64,000 bases of DNA, from positions 308,888 through 372,887 of the forward strand of contig CAXXFU010000017.1 of assembly GCA_963675235.2 (NCBI GenBank), in the 5' to 3' direction. How positions within the stretch are numbered: position 1 is the stretch's first letter; every line of letters begins with the position of its first letter. The notes under the pieces were generated by a model. That model was given only the letters and a program-made list of their open reading frames with translations. It was not told the origin of the DNA and did no database searches. Positions 40,839 through 50,077 of this stretch are shown here, in pieces. Source of the DNA: Devosiaceae bacterium. Its GTDB lineage: Bacteria; Pseudomonadota; Alphaproteobacteria; Rhizobiales; Devosiaceae. Both the position numbers and the translations under genes were made by a program.

Positions 40839-40874
40839 GGCGGACCCTCATCGCAGCGGCGATGGCGGTCCGCC
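40839..40874 (+). terminator. GC-rich hairpin after unit 1 (possible terminator; no U-tract)
   Basis: GGCGGACC..CATCGC-AGCG-GCGATG..GGTCCGCC, a 14-bp interrupted stem. Confidence 0.3.
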
Positions 40875-41074
40875 ATGCCCGCTTACAGGGGCGCGCCGCC
40901 CGCCGCTATTCGTGGGTAGCCACTGTCAGCAAATGCTTGCGAAGCTCTTGTTCCGGTGCCTAGAATCCAAGCCACGGCCCTGTTCAATATTCGCCAAGAA
41001 AAGGAGCATTCCTGGAAGTTGGCGCGCCGAAGAACCGGCTCCGTACTTCCAGAACCGCATGATTAAGAAACATT

Positions 41075-41100
41075 GAACCTTGGCGGGCGCCGCAACGTCT
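41075..41100 (+). promoter_or_regulatory. ECF-sigma-type promoter candidate (GAACC-N16-CGTCT), unit 2
   Basis: TTGAACC at 41073-41079 and CGTCT at 41096-41100, with a 16-nt spacer. Confidence 0.45.
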
Positions 41101-41107
41101 ACTGAAA

Positions 41108-41123
41108 GCCAATGAAAATTGGC
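41108..41123 (+). promoter_or_regulatory. Leader hairpin GCCAAT-GAAA-ATTGGC (GNRA loop), unit 2
   Basis: Same stem as 40314-40329 and the same distance from the CGTCT box. Confidence 0.45.
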
Positions 41124-41202
41124 CGGACTTGAGACGAACGGATGAACCGGTCCGGTAACTCGCGAAAGGCGCGATACCGGCAAGACCGAACAGGAGGTTC
41201 AG

Positions 41203-41589
41203 ATGAACACGCGCATCCTTACAGCATTCGTCCTGTCGCTGGCACTCACCCCGATCGCCAGCGCCGCCTATGCCCAGGCAGCCTGCCCCAACCAGCGCTG
41301 CCCGAGCGACCCCGCCCCGACCCTGCCGACCGCCCAGATCTGCTTCTACTCGGGTGAAGCGCAGACGGGCACCTTCTTCTGCGAATCCGGCCAGCGCAGC
41401 GTCGCTGCCGTCCCGGCGCAGTGGCGCTCGCGCATCAAGTCGCTCGGCATCGGCGACCACAGCTCCGTCAGGGTCTGCTCCAAGCAGACGCTCGGCGGCA
41501 CCTGCGAGCAATATGACAAGAACATCGACACGCTGCCCAAGGGCCTTCTCAACCACGTCTATTCCTACGACATCCGCCAGGCCTACTGA
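41203..41589 (+). CDS. Small secreted Cys-rich protein, paralogue of 40406..40804
   Basis: Signal peptide MNTRILTAFVLSLALTPIASAAYA. The same six-Cys spacing is kept, along with the shared blocks FCESGQRSV..VPA.WR..IKS and L.N.VYSY.I. Confidence 0.75.
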   Translation: MNTRILTAFVLSLALTPIASAAYAQAACPNQRCPSDPAPTLPTAQICFYSGEAQTGTFFCESGQRSVAAVPAQWRSRIKSLGIGDHSSVRVCSKQTLGGTCEQYDKNIDTLPKGLLNHVYSYDIRQAY

Positions 41590-41909
41590 TGGCCTGTCGA
41601 TACGTGCTCTCCCGGCAGCCGCTGCCGTGAAAACGATGGCGGCTGCTGAATTGGCATCCGCAGGCGCCCGGCTCCGGTGTTTCCCGATGCGTGTGACGCG
41701 GACATGACCTCTCAGCAAGAAACCGAAGTGATTGCTTAACCGGATGTTTTCGGGTTCGGCACGATAGTACTCGCGCTTCATTTTGGTTTGATTGTTGCGA
41801 TTGTTGATCCGATGCTTTGCCGCAAGTGCGTGCGCATATCTGCTTCGTTCTTGAACCTGCAGGAACAGTTACCCATCGGCCTGTTGGCGCCATCGGGCGG
41901 GAGGCATGA

Positions 41910-42644
41910 TTGAACCTGCGGGCATTCATTATAGCTGTTGGCTTCGTGTTGGTCGGAGGCGGTTTGTGGGTCTTTTCGACCTTCGCCGGCTTGTTTGGTG
42001 ACTGGGGCTCCTACAATTGGAACCAGCAACTGACGGTTGTGGTGGAGACGCCCGAAGGCGAGCGGACTGGCTCCGCCGTCACCCATGTCGCCCTCAGACT
42101 GCTCCAACCCGGGTCGCGATCGATCAGCGCCGCCAGCTCCGGGGAACGTTCGAACGGCGAAGCCGTCGTGGTGCCGCTTCCTGAAGGCCGATATCTGTTC
42201 GTCTTGCGGGCCAAGAACGCAAGCATCCTGCCTCAGGCTGCCTTTGCCGGCACTCTAATGACCGAGGCCGACCACAAGCGACTCGATTATGTCCAGAGGT
42301 TCTACGGACGGCTGGTGGGGCAGCGCGGGCTCTCAGGTCCCCTGCCACGCGGCGCCTATCCCCGCTTCGTCACCTTCGACGACCTCTCCGAGCCCGCTAC
42401 GGTCAAGCTCGTCGATCCCGACGACCTCGCCGCCACATTCGGCCCCGGCTACGCGCTCAAATCGGTGACGCTGGAGATCACCAGTGAGGCAATTGACTTC
42501 GGCAGAGTGGAGGTGCTGCTGCCGTGGATCAATGACTACTACAACAAACGCCTAGACGGTCAGCGATTTGGCAATGGAGACGCACCGAACCAGATCGCCA
42601 ACTCACTTTCCGCCGGCGTCTTCAAAGCAGGTGATCGCCGATGA
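41910..42644 (+). CDS. Membrane-anchored protein of unknown family, tandem paralogue 1
   Basis: 244 aa. TTG start 7 nt after GGGAGG. It has a single N-terminal TM helix and no domain I recognise. Confidence 0.75.
   Translation: MNLRAFIIAVGFVLVGGGLWVFSTFAGLFGDWGSYNWNQQLTVVVETPEGERTGSAVTHVALRLLQPGSRSISAASSGERSNGEAVVVPLPEGRYLFVLRAKNASILPQAAFAGTLMTEADHKRLDYVQRFYGRLVGQRGLSGPLPRGAYPRFVTFDDLSEPATVKLVDPDDLAATFGPGYALKSVTLEITSEAIDFGRVEVLLPWINDYYNKRLDGQRFGNGDAPNQIANSLSAGVFKAGDRR
41946..42435 (+). repeat. 490-nt near-identical tract, copy a (within paralogue 1)
   Basis: Identical to 43399-43888 apart from 42257 A versus 43710 C, compared by eye. The identical antisense shadow ORFs 42011..42226 and 43464..43679 in the ORF track corroborate this. 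Confidence 0.85.
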
Positions 42645-43369
42645 CCCGGAATGTGCTGATCATTCTCGGTATAGTGTTGGTCGCAGGCGGCGTGTGGGTC
42701 TATTCGGCCTATGTCGGCCTTTTTGGCGATTGGGAGTCGTTCAGCTGGAACCAGAAGCTGACCGTGACCGTCGAAACGCCCGAAGGCGAGCGGTCGGGAT
42801 CCGCCGTCAGTCATATTGAGGCACGCTTTCTCAAGCCTGGCTCGAAGTCCATCAGCGCCGCCAGCAGCGGTGGACGTTCCTATGGCGAGGCGGTGGTGGT
42901 GGCGCTCCCGGATGACAGATACCTCTTCGTGCTCCGCGCAAAAAACGCCGACACGCTCACGCAAGGGGCATTCTACAAGCAGGTTCTTGGCGCGGATGCC
43001 GAGCGCATCGGCAATGTCGCGGACTACTATCGACGGATGCTGCGGCGATCCGGCCTGTCCGGCCCAATTCAACGCGACACCTATCCGCGCTTCGTCACCT
43101 TCGACGACATCTCGGACCCCACTTCGGTCAAGCTCGTCGATCCCGATGACCTCGCCGCCACGTTCGGCCCCGGCTACGCCCTCAAATCAGTAGTTCTGGA
43201 GTTGACCGGCGAGTCGCCGAGATACGGGAAAGTGGAGGAGGCGCTGCCGTGGATCGATGAGTATTACGGCACCAAACTAGACGGCAGGCAGCTTGAGACC
43301 ATTGATGCTCCAAACCGTCTCGCAAACTCCCTTTCAGCAGGTGCATTCAAAGCAGGTGATCGCCGATGA
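42641..43369 (+). CDS. Membrane-anchored protein of unknown family, tandem paralogue 2
   Basis: 242 aa. The ATG overlaps the stop of paralogue 1 (ATGA). It is roughly two-thirds identical to paralogues 1 and 3 by eye. Confidence 0.8.
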   Translation: MTRNVLIILGIVLVAGGVWVYSAYVGLFGDWESFSWNQKLTVTVETPEGERSGSAVSHIEARFLKPGSKSISAASSGGRSYGEAVVVALPDDRYLFVLRAKNADTLTQGAFYKQVLGADAERIGNVADYYRRMLRRSGLSGPIQRDTYPRFVTFDDISDPTSVKLVDPDDLAATFGPGYALKSVVLELTGESPRYGKVEEALPWIDEYYGTKLDGRQLETIDAPNRLANSLSAGAFKAGDRR

Positions 43370-44103
43370 CCCGGAATGTGCTGATCATTCTCGGCATTGT
43401 GTTGGTCGGAGGCGGTTTGTGGGTCTTTTCGACCTTCGCCGGCTTGTTTGGTGACTGGGGCTCCTACAATTGGAACCAGCAACTGACGGTTGTGGTGGAG
43501 ACGCCCGAAGGCGAGCGGACTGGCTCCGCCGTCACCCATGTCGCCCTCAGACTGCTCCAACCCGGGTCGCGATCGATCAGCGCCGCCAGCTCCGGGGAAC
43601 GTTCGAACGGCGAAGCCGTCGTGGTGCCGCTTCCTGAAGGCCGATATCTGTTCGTCTTGCGGGCCAAGAACGCAAGCATCCTGCCTCAGGCTGCCTTTGC
43701 CGGCACTCTCATGACCGAGGCCGACCACAAGCGACTCGATTATGTCCAGAGGTTCTACGGACGGCTGGTGGGGCAGCGCGGGCTCTCAGGTCCCCTGCCA
43801 CGCGGCGCCTATCCCCGCTTCGTCACCTTCGACGACCTCTCCGAGCCCGCTACGGTCAAGCTCGTCGATCCCGACGACCTCGCCGCCAGCTTCGGCCCCG
43901 GCTACGCACTCAGATCGGTGGTGCTGGAGCTGACGGGGGAGCCGCCGAGATACGGGAAGGTGGAGGCAGTTCTGCCGTGGTTTTCCGAGTACCGAGAGAA
44001 GCATTTCAGGCTGAACGGGGAGCGCTGCATAGCGTGTCCGGTTGCCAGCGAAAACATCGCCGACATGATTGGTACGGGCGTGTTCTCATATCGAGGAAGG
44101 TAG
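43366..44103 (+). CDS. Membrane-anchored protein of unknown family, tandem paralogue 3 (mosaic)
   Basis: 245 aa. The ATG overlaps the stop of paralogue 2 (ATGA). The first 14 residues match paralogue 2 apart from G for A at residue 15. Residues about 12-174 are encoded by a tract almost identical to paralogue 1. The C-terminal tail is unique. Confidence 0.8.
   Translation: MTRNVLIILGIVLVGGGLWVFSTFAGLFGDWGSYNWNQQLTVVVETPEGERTGSAVTHVALRLLQPGSRSISAASSGERSNGEAVVVPLPEGRYLFVLRAKNASILPQAAFAGTLMTEADHKRLDYVQRFYGRLVGQRGLSGPLPRGAYPRFVTFDDLSEPATVKLVDPDDLAASFGPGYALRSVVLELTGEPPRYGKVEAVLPWFSEYREKHFRLNGERCIACPVASENIADMIGTGVFSYRGR
43399..43888 (+). repeat. 490-nt near-identical tract, copy b (within paralogue 3)
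   Basis: See 41946-42435. The offset is exactly 1453 nt. Confidence 0.85.
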
Positions 44104-44154
44104 AAAGCCAAACGCGCATGTGACGGCGCAGCTCGGCGCACTTTAACGAGTGTC

Positions 44155-44973
44155 CTAGCCAAACACCGGCAAAGCCTGCGGCATGCTGCCACCAACCCGC
44201 AGCGGCTGGATCGATGTGCACAATCCCGTTTTCGCATCCGTCTCGATTACCACGCCGGAAAGCGTCGCCTCGCCTTCGGCGGGGATGAAGCGGCCGCGGG
44301 CGATACCGGTGAGGAAGCGCTCGACCGGCTCGTCGGCTTCCATGCCGATGACGCTGTCGTAGTCCCCGCACATGCCGGCATCCGACATCAGGCCGGTGCC
44401 GCCCTTGAGGACACGCTGGTCAGCGGTCGGGATGTGGGTGTGGGTGCCCACCACCAGCGAAGCCCGCCCGTCGAGGAAATGCCCCATGGCCTGGATTTCC
44501 GAGGTCGCCTCGGTATGGAAATCGAGGACGATGGCGTCGGCGACCTCGCCGAGCGGACAGTCGGCGACGGCCTTTTCGACGGCGTGGAAGGGATTTTCGA
44601 CCGGATGCATGAACACCTGGCCCTGCGCCTGGATCACCAGAACGCGATGGCCGGCCCGGCTTTCGATCAGCATGGCGCCACGTCCCGGCGCGCCGGCGAG
44701 AAAATTGATCGGGCGGATCAGCGCCGTCTCGCGCGCGATATAGCTCAGCGTGTCCTTCTGGTCCCAGGCGTGATCGCCAAGGGTGACGGCATCGACGCCG
44801 GCGGCGCGCATCGCCTTGAAGTGTCCCTCGGTCAGCCCGCGTCCGTGGCTGGCGTTCTCGCCATTGACGATGACGAAATCCAGACCGTGTTCGGCGATCA
44901 GGCCCGGCAGGCGATCGGTGACGGCATTGCGCCCCGCCTTGCCCATGACATCGCCGAGAAAAAGTATGCGCAT
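44155..44973 (-). CDS. YmdB-like metallophosphoesterase (TIGR00282 family)
   Basis: ORF 44155..45099, with the start re-chosen at MRILFLGDVMGKAGRNAV. It also has VIVNGENASHGRG and GDHAWD motifs. Confidence 0.85.
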   Translation of the reverse strand: MRILFLGDVMGKAGRNAVTDRLPGLIAEHGLDFVIVNGENASHGRGLTEGHFKAMRAAGVDAVTLGDHAWDQKDTLSYIARETALIRPINFLAGAPGRGAMLIESRAGHRVLVIQAQGQVFMHPVENPFHAVEKAVADCPLGEVADAIVLDFHTEATSEIQAMGHFLDGRASLVVGTHTHIPTADQRVLKGGTGLMSDAGMCGDYDSVIGMEADEPVERFLTGIARGRFIPAEGEATLSGVVIETDAKTGLCTSIQPLRVGGSMPQALPVFG

Positions 44974-45113
44974 GAAAACTTGCCCTGAAATCTCAGTGTT
45001 CGCGCCGCCGCGGCAATCCGGCAGCACCAGGTCCTGTCGTGTCGGATTTTCTGAGCGCCACGGCGTCGAAGTGTCCCGAAATGGCGGCACTCGCCACAAA
45101 AAGCAAGGAAAAC

Positions 45114-45695
45114 CTAGTTGTCGAAGCGCCGGACGCCGGTTTCGGTGACGACCATGTCGAGCGGCGCATCGTGGTCGTCGCGCGGAATATCGCTCAACTC
45201 CTGGACCGAAAAGCCGTAGCCGACCCGCATGGGGCGATTGGCCAGCATGGCGATGGTGCGATCGTAATAGCCGCCGCCATAGCCGAGCCGCGTGCCGGAG
45301 CGATCGAAGCCGAGCAAGGGCATGACAATGATGTCGGGCACCGCCTCGGGGACGTTGTCACCGGGCGCCAGCGTGCCGAAACCGGACGGGTATAGCGGCG
45401 CCCCCTCCTGCCAGATGCGGAAGACCAGTGGATCGTTGTCGGCGCGAACGACCGGCAGGCACACAGTCAGTCCGGCGTCCATCAATGCCAGCAGGAGCGG
45501 GCGCGTGTCGAGCTCGTCGCGGATCGCCCAATAGAGCGCCACGACGTCGTTTTCGCCCGGCTGAACGTGCTGACGGAAGTGAACGGCTGCCTGTTGCGCC
45601 GCGTCCTGGCGCTCGGCGCCCGGCAGGCGGGCGCGCCGGTCCCTGGCCTGGCGTCGCAATTCGGTCTTGAGCTGTTCGGTCGAGGATTCGGTCAA
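45114..45695 (-). CDS. 5-formyltetrahydrofolate cyclo-ligase
   Basis: TTG start. C-terminal signature LGFDRSGTRLGYGGGYYDR. Confidence 0.85.
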   Translation of the reverse strand: MTESSTEQLKTELRRQARDRRARLPGAERQDAAQQAAVHFRQHVQPGENDVVALYWAIRDELDTRPLLLALMDAGLTVCLPVVRADNDPLVFRIWQEGAPLYPSGFGTLAPGDNVPEAVPDIIVMPLLGFDRSGTRLGYGGGYYDRTIAMLANRPMRVGYGFSVQELSDIPRDDHDAPLDMVVTETGVRRFDN

Positions 45696-45715
45696 GAACC
45701 ACCATCTGAACTGTC

Positions 45716-45814
45716 GATCATTTCACTGTTTCCAGGAAACACTGAAATGATCCAACCTCTTGTCTTGTCGCGTTTTCGAACCGGAGAACCGGTAGCCACT
45801 TTTCCTGAAAACGC
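45716..45814 (+). repeat. Composite intergenic mosaic element: 18-bp-arm hairpin plus ~45-nt core (copy B)
   Basis: Hairpin GATCATTTCACTGTTTCC-A-GGAAACACTGAAATGATC at 45716-45752. Core GCGTTTTC-GAACCGGAGAACCGGTAGCCACTTTTCCT-GAAAACGC at 45770-45814. Confidence 0.6.
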
Positions 45815-45837
45815 TCCAAAGGCCTGCAAAGCCGAAA

Positions 45838-45990
45838 CAGGTGCCGCCCGGCCGTGGGAAAGACGATCCCGGGAACCTACCTAAGTAGGTGGGCGCCGTA
45901 TATCCGAACCCACGGGTCCGGTCAGGGACAGCTCCCTAAGAGATCGATAAGGCCCCGGGGATTCTGTTTCCTACACGCACCGGGCAGCAC
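45838..45990 (-). ncRNA. ssrS: 6S RNA (SsrS) candidate
   Basis: It lies between zapA and the 5-formyl-THF cyclo-ligase gene on the same strand, which is the classical zapA-ssrS-ygfA synteny. The putative 5' end GUGCUGCCCGGUGCGUG can pair with the 3' end CCACGGCCGGGCGGCAC to form a long closing stem. There is an internal hairpin AGGGA-GCUG-UCCCU. End positions are approximate. Confidence 0.6.
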
Positions 45991-45995
45991 GCCGA

Positions 45996-46024
45996 GATAT
46001 AGGGCTGCGCAAGGCAATCTCCAA
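45996..46024 (-). promoter_or_regulatory. Sigma-70-like promoter candidate for the 6S RNA (TTGGAG-N17-TATATC)
   Basis: On the minus strand, the -35 is at 46019-46024 and the -10 at 45996-46001, directly downstream of the zapA stop. Confidence 0.4.
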
Positions 46025-46049
46025 GCGGCAATCAACAGGAGGTGACGGA

Positions 46050-46415
46050 TCAGTCCTCGACGGTATCCATGCCGGCCGCGGCCGCCTCGATGCGGCGGGC
46101 GACATCGTCCATCTTGCGCACGAACTTGTGCTCCATCTCCTCGAACTCGCGGCTGACCTCCTCGCCGGCGCGGGTCAATTCCTCGACCTGGGCGTTGAGT
46201 GCGGCGATGCGGCGCTCGGATTCGACGAGGTTGTCGAGCACGGCGATGCCGGCCATCACGGTCAGGCGGGTATCGCCGATTTCGCCGAAATCGCCCCGGA
46301 ACTCCTCGACCATGCGATCAAAGCGCGCAGCCAGGGCCTGCAGATGGCTTTCCTGGCCTTCTTCGCAGGCCATGCGGTACTTGCGTCCGGCAACTTCCAC
46401 GAATACTTCCGGCAT
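46050..46415 (-). CDS. zapA: Cell division protein ZapA
   Basis: Internal Met of ORF 46050..46805. MPEVFVEVAGRKYRMACEEGQESHLQALAARFD is typical of alphaproteobacterial ZapA. 121 aa. Confidence 0.85.
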   Translation of the reverse strand: MPEVFVEVAGRKYRMACEEGQESHLQALAARFDRMVEEFRGDFGEIGDTRLTVMAGIAVLDNLVESERRIAALNAQVEELTRAGEEVSREFEEMEHKFVRKMDDVARRIEAAAAGMDTVED

Positions 46416-46741
46416 CACCCCGTACTCCCGCTGAGGACGGTCTTGACGCCTTCCATGGCCTCGACCAGGCGCCGGCTGACTTCGGCAGCCTTGTCGTCGA
46501 GCCTGCGGGCATTGGCATTGGCGCGGTCGAGTTCGACGGCCAGGCGCGTGCGCTCGCTCGACAGCCGCCGGGCCTCCGCCTCGGCGCCATCGAGCGCTGC
46601 AAGCCTGCCACGTGCCGCCCTGACGCTTTGTTCGAGATGCATCACTGCCTGATCGATCCGCCGCGCCGCGTCGGCAAAGGCGTCCGTGCGTTCCGTCGAA
46701 ACGGGCTCGCTCATTTCTCGTCCATCCGCCGCCGAATCCAT
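46415..46741 (-). CDS. DUF4164-like coiled-coil protein upstream of zapA
   Basis: 108-aa ORF that is coiled-coil rich. The stop overlaps the zapA start by 1 nt. The start may instead be the Met at 46714. Confidence 0.65.
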   Translation of the reverse strand: MDSAADGREMSEPVSTERTDAFADAARRIDQAVMHLEQSVRAARGRLAALDGAEAEARRLSSERTRLAVELDRANANARRLDDKAAEVSRRLVEAMEGVKTVLSGSTG

Positions 46742-46980
46742 TTGTCCTTATATAGCTAAGCCCAAGCGCGGCCCGGTGCGCAACCGACTTTGTTCGGCGC
46801 ACCACAGCAAAGCACGAGTGTTGCGCCTATGCCGCACTTGTCGGGCGGACCTGCGGCATTCGCCAAGATTGACACCCGGAACGGACCTGTTATGTGTCTC
46901 GGCGCACGCAAAACTCGCTGCCGTCGCCGGCGCGGCGCGCACGTCAGACCCTTACGTCAGACCTTGGGACACCCAGTTTC

Positions 46981-48963
46981 ATGACAGATCAAAAAAAACA
47001 TGATGCGATGGCCAACGCCATCCGCGCCCTTTCCATGGATGCCGTCGAAAAGGCGAATTCCGGGCATCCAGGCCTGCCCATGGGCGCCGCCGACATCGCC
47101 ACAGTGCTGTTTTCCAAAGTCATGAAGTTCGATCCAAAGGATCCGAACTGGCCGGACCGCGACCGCTTCGTGCTCAGCGCCGGCCATGGCTCGATGCTGC
47201 TGTACTCCTCGCTGTTCCTGCTCGGCTATGAGGACATGACCATCGAAGAGCTGAAAAATTTCCGCCAGTGGGGCTCCAGGACCGCCGGTCATCCCGAATA
47301 CGGCCACGCCACGGGCATCGAGACCACCACCGGCCCGCTGGGCCAGGGCGTTGCCAACGGCGTCGGCATGGCCATTGCCGAGCAGAAGCTCGCCGCCGAA
47401 TTCGGCTCCGACATCGTCGACCACCGCACCTATATCCTGGCCGGTGACGGCTGCCTGATGGAAGGCATCTCCCAGGAAGCAATCGCGCTTGCCGGACATC
47501 TCAAGCTCAACAAGATCACCCTGATCTGGGACAACAACGGCATCACCATCGACGGCGCCGTTTCCAACGCCGACTCGACCGACCAGATCAAGCGGTTCGA
47601 GGCTTCGGGCTGGAACACCATCGAGATCGATGGCCACGACATCGAGGCCATCGAAAAGGCGCTGATTGCCGCCAAGAGCTCGGACAAACCGACCATGATC
47701 GCCGCCAAGACGACAATCGGTTTCGGCGCGCCCAAGAAGGCCGGCACCAACAAGGCGCACGGTTCTCCGCTCGGCGCCGAGGAAATCGCCGGCGCACGCG
47801 AAGCGCTCGGCTGGCCCTACGAGCCGTTCGTCATCCCCACCGAGATCATGGACGACTGGCGCCTGGCCGGTAACCGCTCGACCAAGGACCGCACCGCCTG
47901 GATCGAACGCCACGACGCCATGGACGCCGAGCTCAAGGCCGAGTTCGACCGCCGTATCGCCGGCACGCTGCCGCTCGAGTTCACCAAGACCGTCAACGAG
48001 TTCAAGAAGAAGCTGTGCGAAGACAAGCCCAAGCTGGCGTCTCGCAAATCCTCTCAGAACGCGCTTGAGGTCATCAACGGCGTTCTGCCCGAGACCATCG
48101 GCGGGTCAGCCGACCTGACCGCCTCAAACAACACCGACACCTCGCAGACCAAGCCCTTCACCGTCGAGGACCGTTCGGGCCGCTACATGATGTACGGCGT
48201 GCGCGAGCACGGCATGGCGGCCGAGATGAACGGCATTGCCCTGCATGGCGGACTGATCCCCTACGGCGGCACATTCATGGTGTTTACCGACTATGCCCGC
48301 CCGGCCATCCGCCTGTCGGCGCTGATGGGCCAGCGCGTCATCTACGTGATGACCCATGATTCCATCGGGCTTGGCGAAGACGGCCCGACCCACCAGCCGG
48401 TCGAGCATCTTTCGGCGCTCCGGGCCATTCCCAATCTGCTCGTCTTCCGTCCGGCCGATGCGGTCGAAACGCTCGAATGCTGGCAGGCCGCCATCGAGAG
48501 CAGCGATGCCCCCTCGATCCTGGCGCTGTCACGTCAGGGCCTGACCCCGGTCCGCACCGAATTCGGCGAAGAGAACCTGTGCGCCCGCGGCGCCTATGTT
48601 CTGGCCGGTTCGGAGGCTGACGACGCCGTCATCTTCGCCACCGGCTCCGAAGTCGGCCTGGCGATGGAGGCGCGCAGCAAACTCGAACTCGACGGCGTCA
48701 AGACCCGCGTGGTCTCGGTGCCCTCCATGGAACTTTTCAACCGGCAGTCCGAAGCCTATCGCCGCGAGGTGATCGGCTCTCCGAAAGCCCGCGTCGCGGT
48801 CGAAGCCGGTATTGAAATGAGCTGGAACCGTCTGCTCGGCGACAGTGGTCGTTTCGTCGGAATGAAGTCATTCGGCGCTTCTGCCCCTGCTGACGAACTA
48901 TATACCCAATTCGGCATCACTACAGACGCAGTGGTTGAAGCCGTCACGGCCCAGCTGTATTGA
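46981..48963 (+). CDS. tkt: Transketolase
   Basis: Start re-chosen at the ATG at 46981 ([31 protein letters not shown]). ThDP motif GDGCLMEG. Confidence 0.95.
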   Translation: MTDQKKHDAMANAIRALSMDAVEKANSGHPGLPMGAADIATVLFSKVMKFDPKDPNWPDRDRFVLSAGHGSMLLYSSLFLLGYEDMTIEELKNFRQWGSRTAGHPEYGHATGIETTTGPLGQGVANGVGMAIAEQKLAAEFGSDIVDHRTYILAGDGCLMEGISQEAIALAGHLKLNKITLIWDNNGITIDGAVSNADSTDQIKRFEASGWNTIEIDGHDIEAIEKALIAAKSSDKPTMIAAKTTIGFGAPKKAGTNKAHGSPLGAEEIAGAREALGWPYEPFVIPTEIMDDWRLAGNRSTKDRTAWIERHDAMDAELKAEFDRRIAGTLPLEFTKTVNEFKKKLCEDKPKLASRKSSQNALEVINGVLPETIGGSADLTASNNTDTSQTKPFTVEDRSGRYMMYGVREHGMAAEMNGIALHGGLIPYGGTFMVFTDYARPAIRLSALMGQRVIYVMTHDSIGLGEDGPTHQPVEHLSALRAIPNLLVFRPADAVETLECWQAAIESSDAPSILALSRQGLTPVRTEFGEENLCARGAYVLAGSEADDAVIFATGSEVGLAMEARSKLELDGVKTRVVSVPSMELFNRQSEAYRREVIGSPKARVAVEAGIEMSWNRLLGDSGRFVGMKSFGASAPADELYTQFGITTDAVVEAVTAQLY

Positions 48964-49003
48964 CTATGCGTCTCTCCCCCCCGTCGCATAAAGGAGCATA
49001 GAA

Positions 49004-50011
<1,008 letters not shown>

Positions 50012-50030
50012 TCAGTCCCTTCCACATTCA

Positions 50031-50060
50031 GGCAGCCCGGCACGGCCGGGCTGCCTTTTG
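50031..50060 (+). terminator. Rho-independent terminator/attenuator between gap and pgk
   Basis: Stem GGCAGCCCGG / CCGGGCTGCC followed by TTTTG. Confidence 0.6.
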
Positions 50061-50077
50061 CAAAAAGGATCCGGAAA

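Noticed and set aside
41853-41878. A third ECF-type promoter (GAACC-N16-CATCG) in front of the paralogue array.
   Set aside because: The -35 box and spacing match, but the -10 shares only 3 of 5 positions with CGTCT, and no GNRA hairpin follows. It is mentioned as weak support only and is not annotated as a feature.
41946-43888. The near-identical 490-nt direct repeat considered as a CRISPR array, an IS element or a DGR template/variable-repeat pair.
   Set aside because: There are only two copies, both inside intact paralogous coding sequences. There is no spacer/repeat periodicity, no terminal inverted repeats or transposase, no reverse transcriptase, and the single difference is not adenine-specific mutagenesis.
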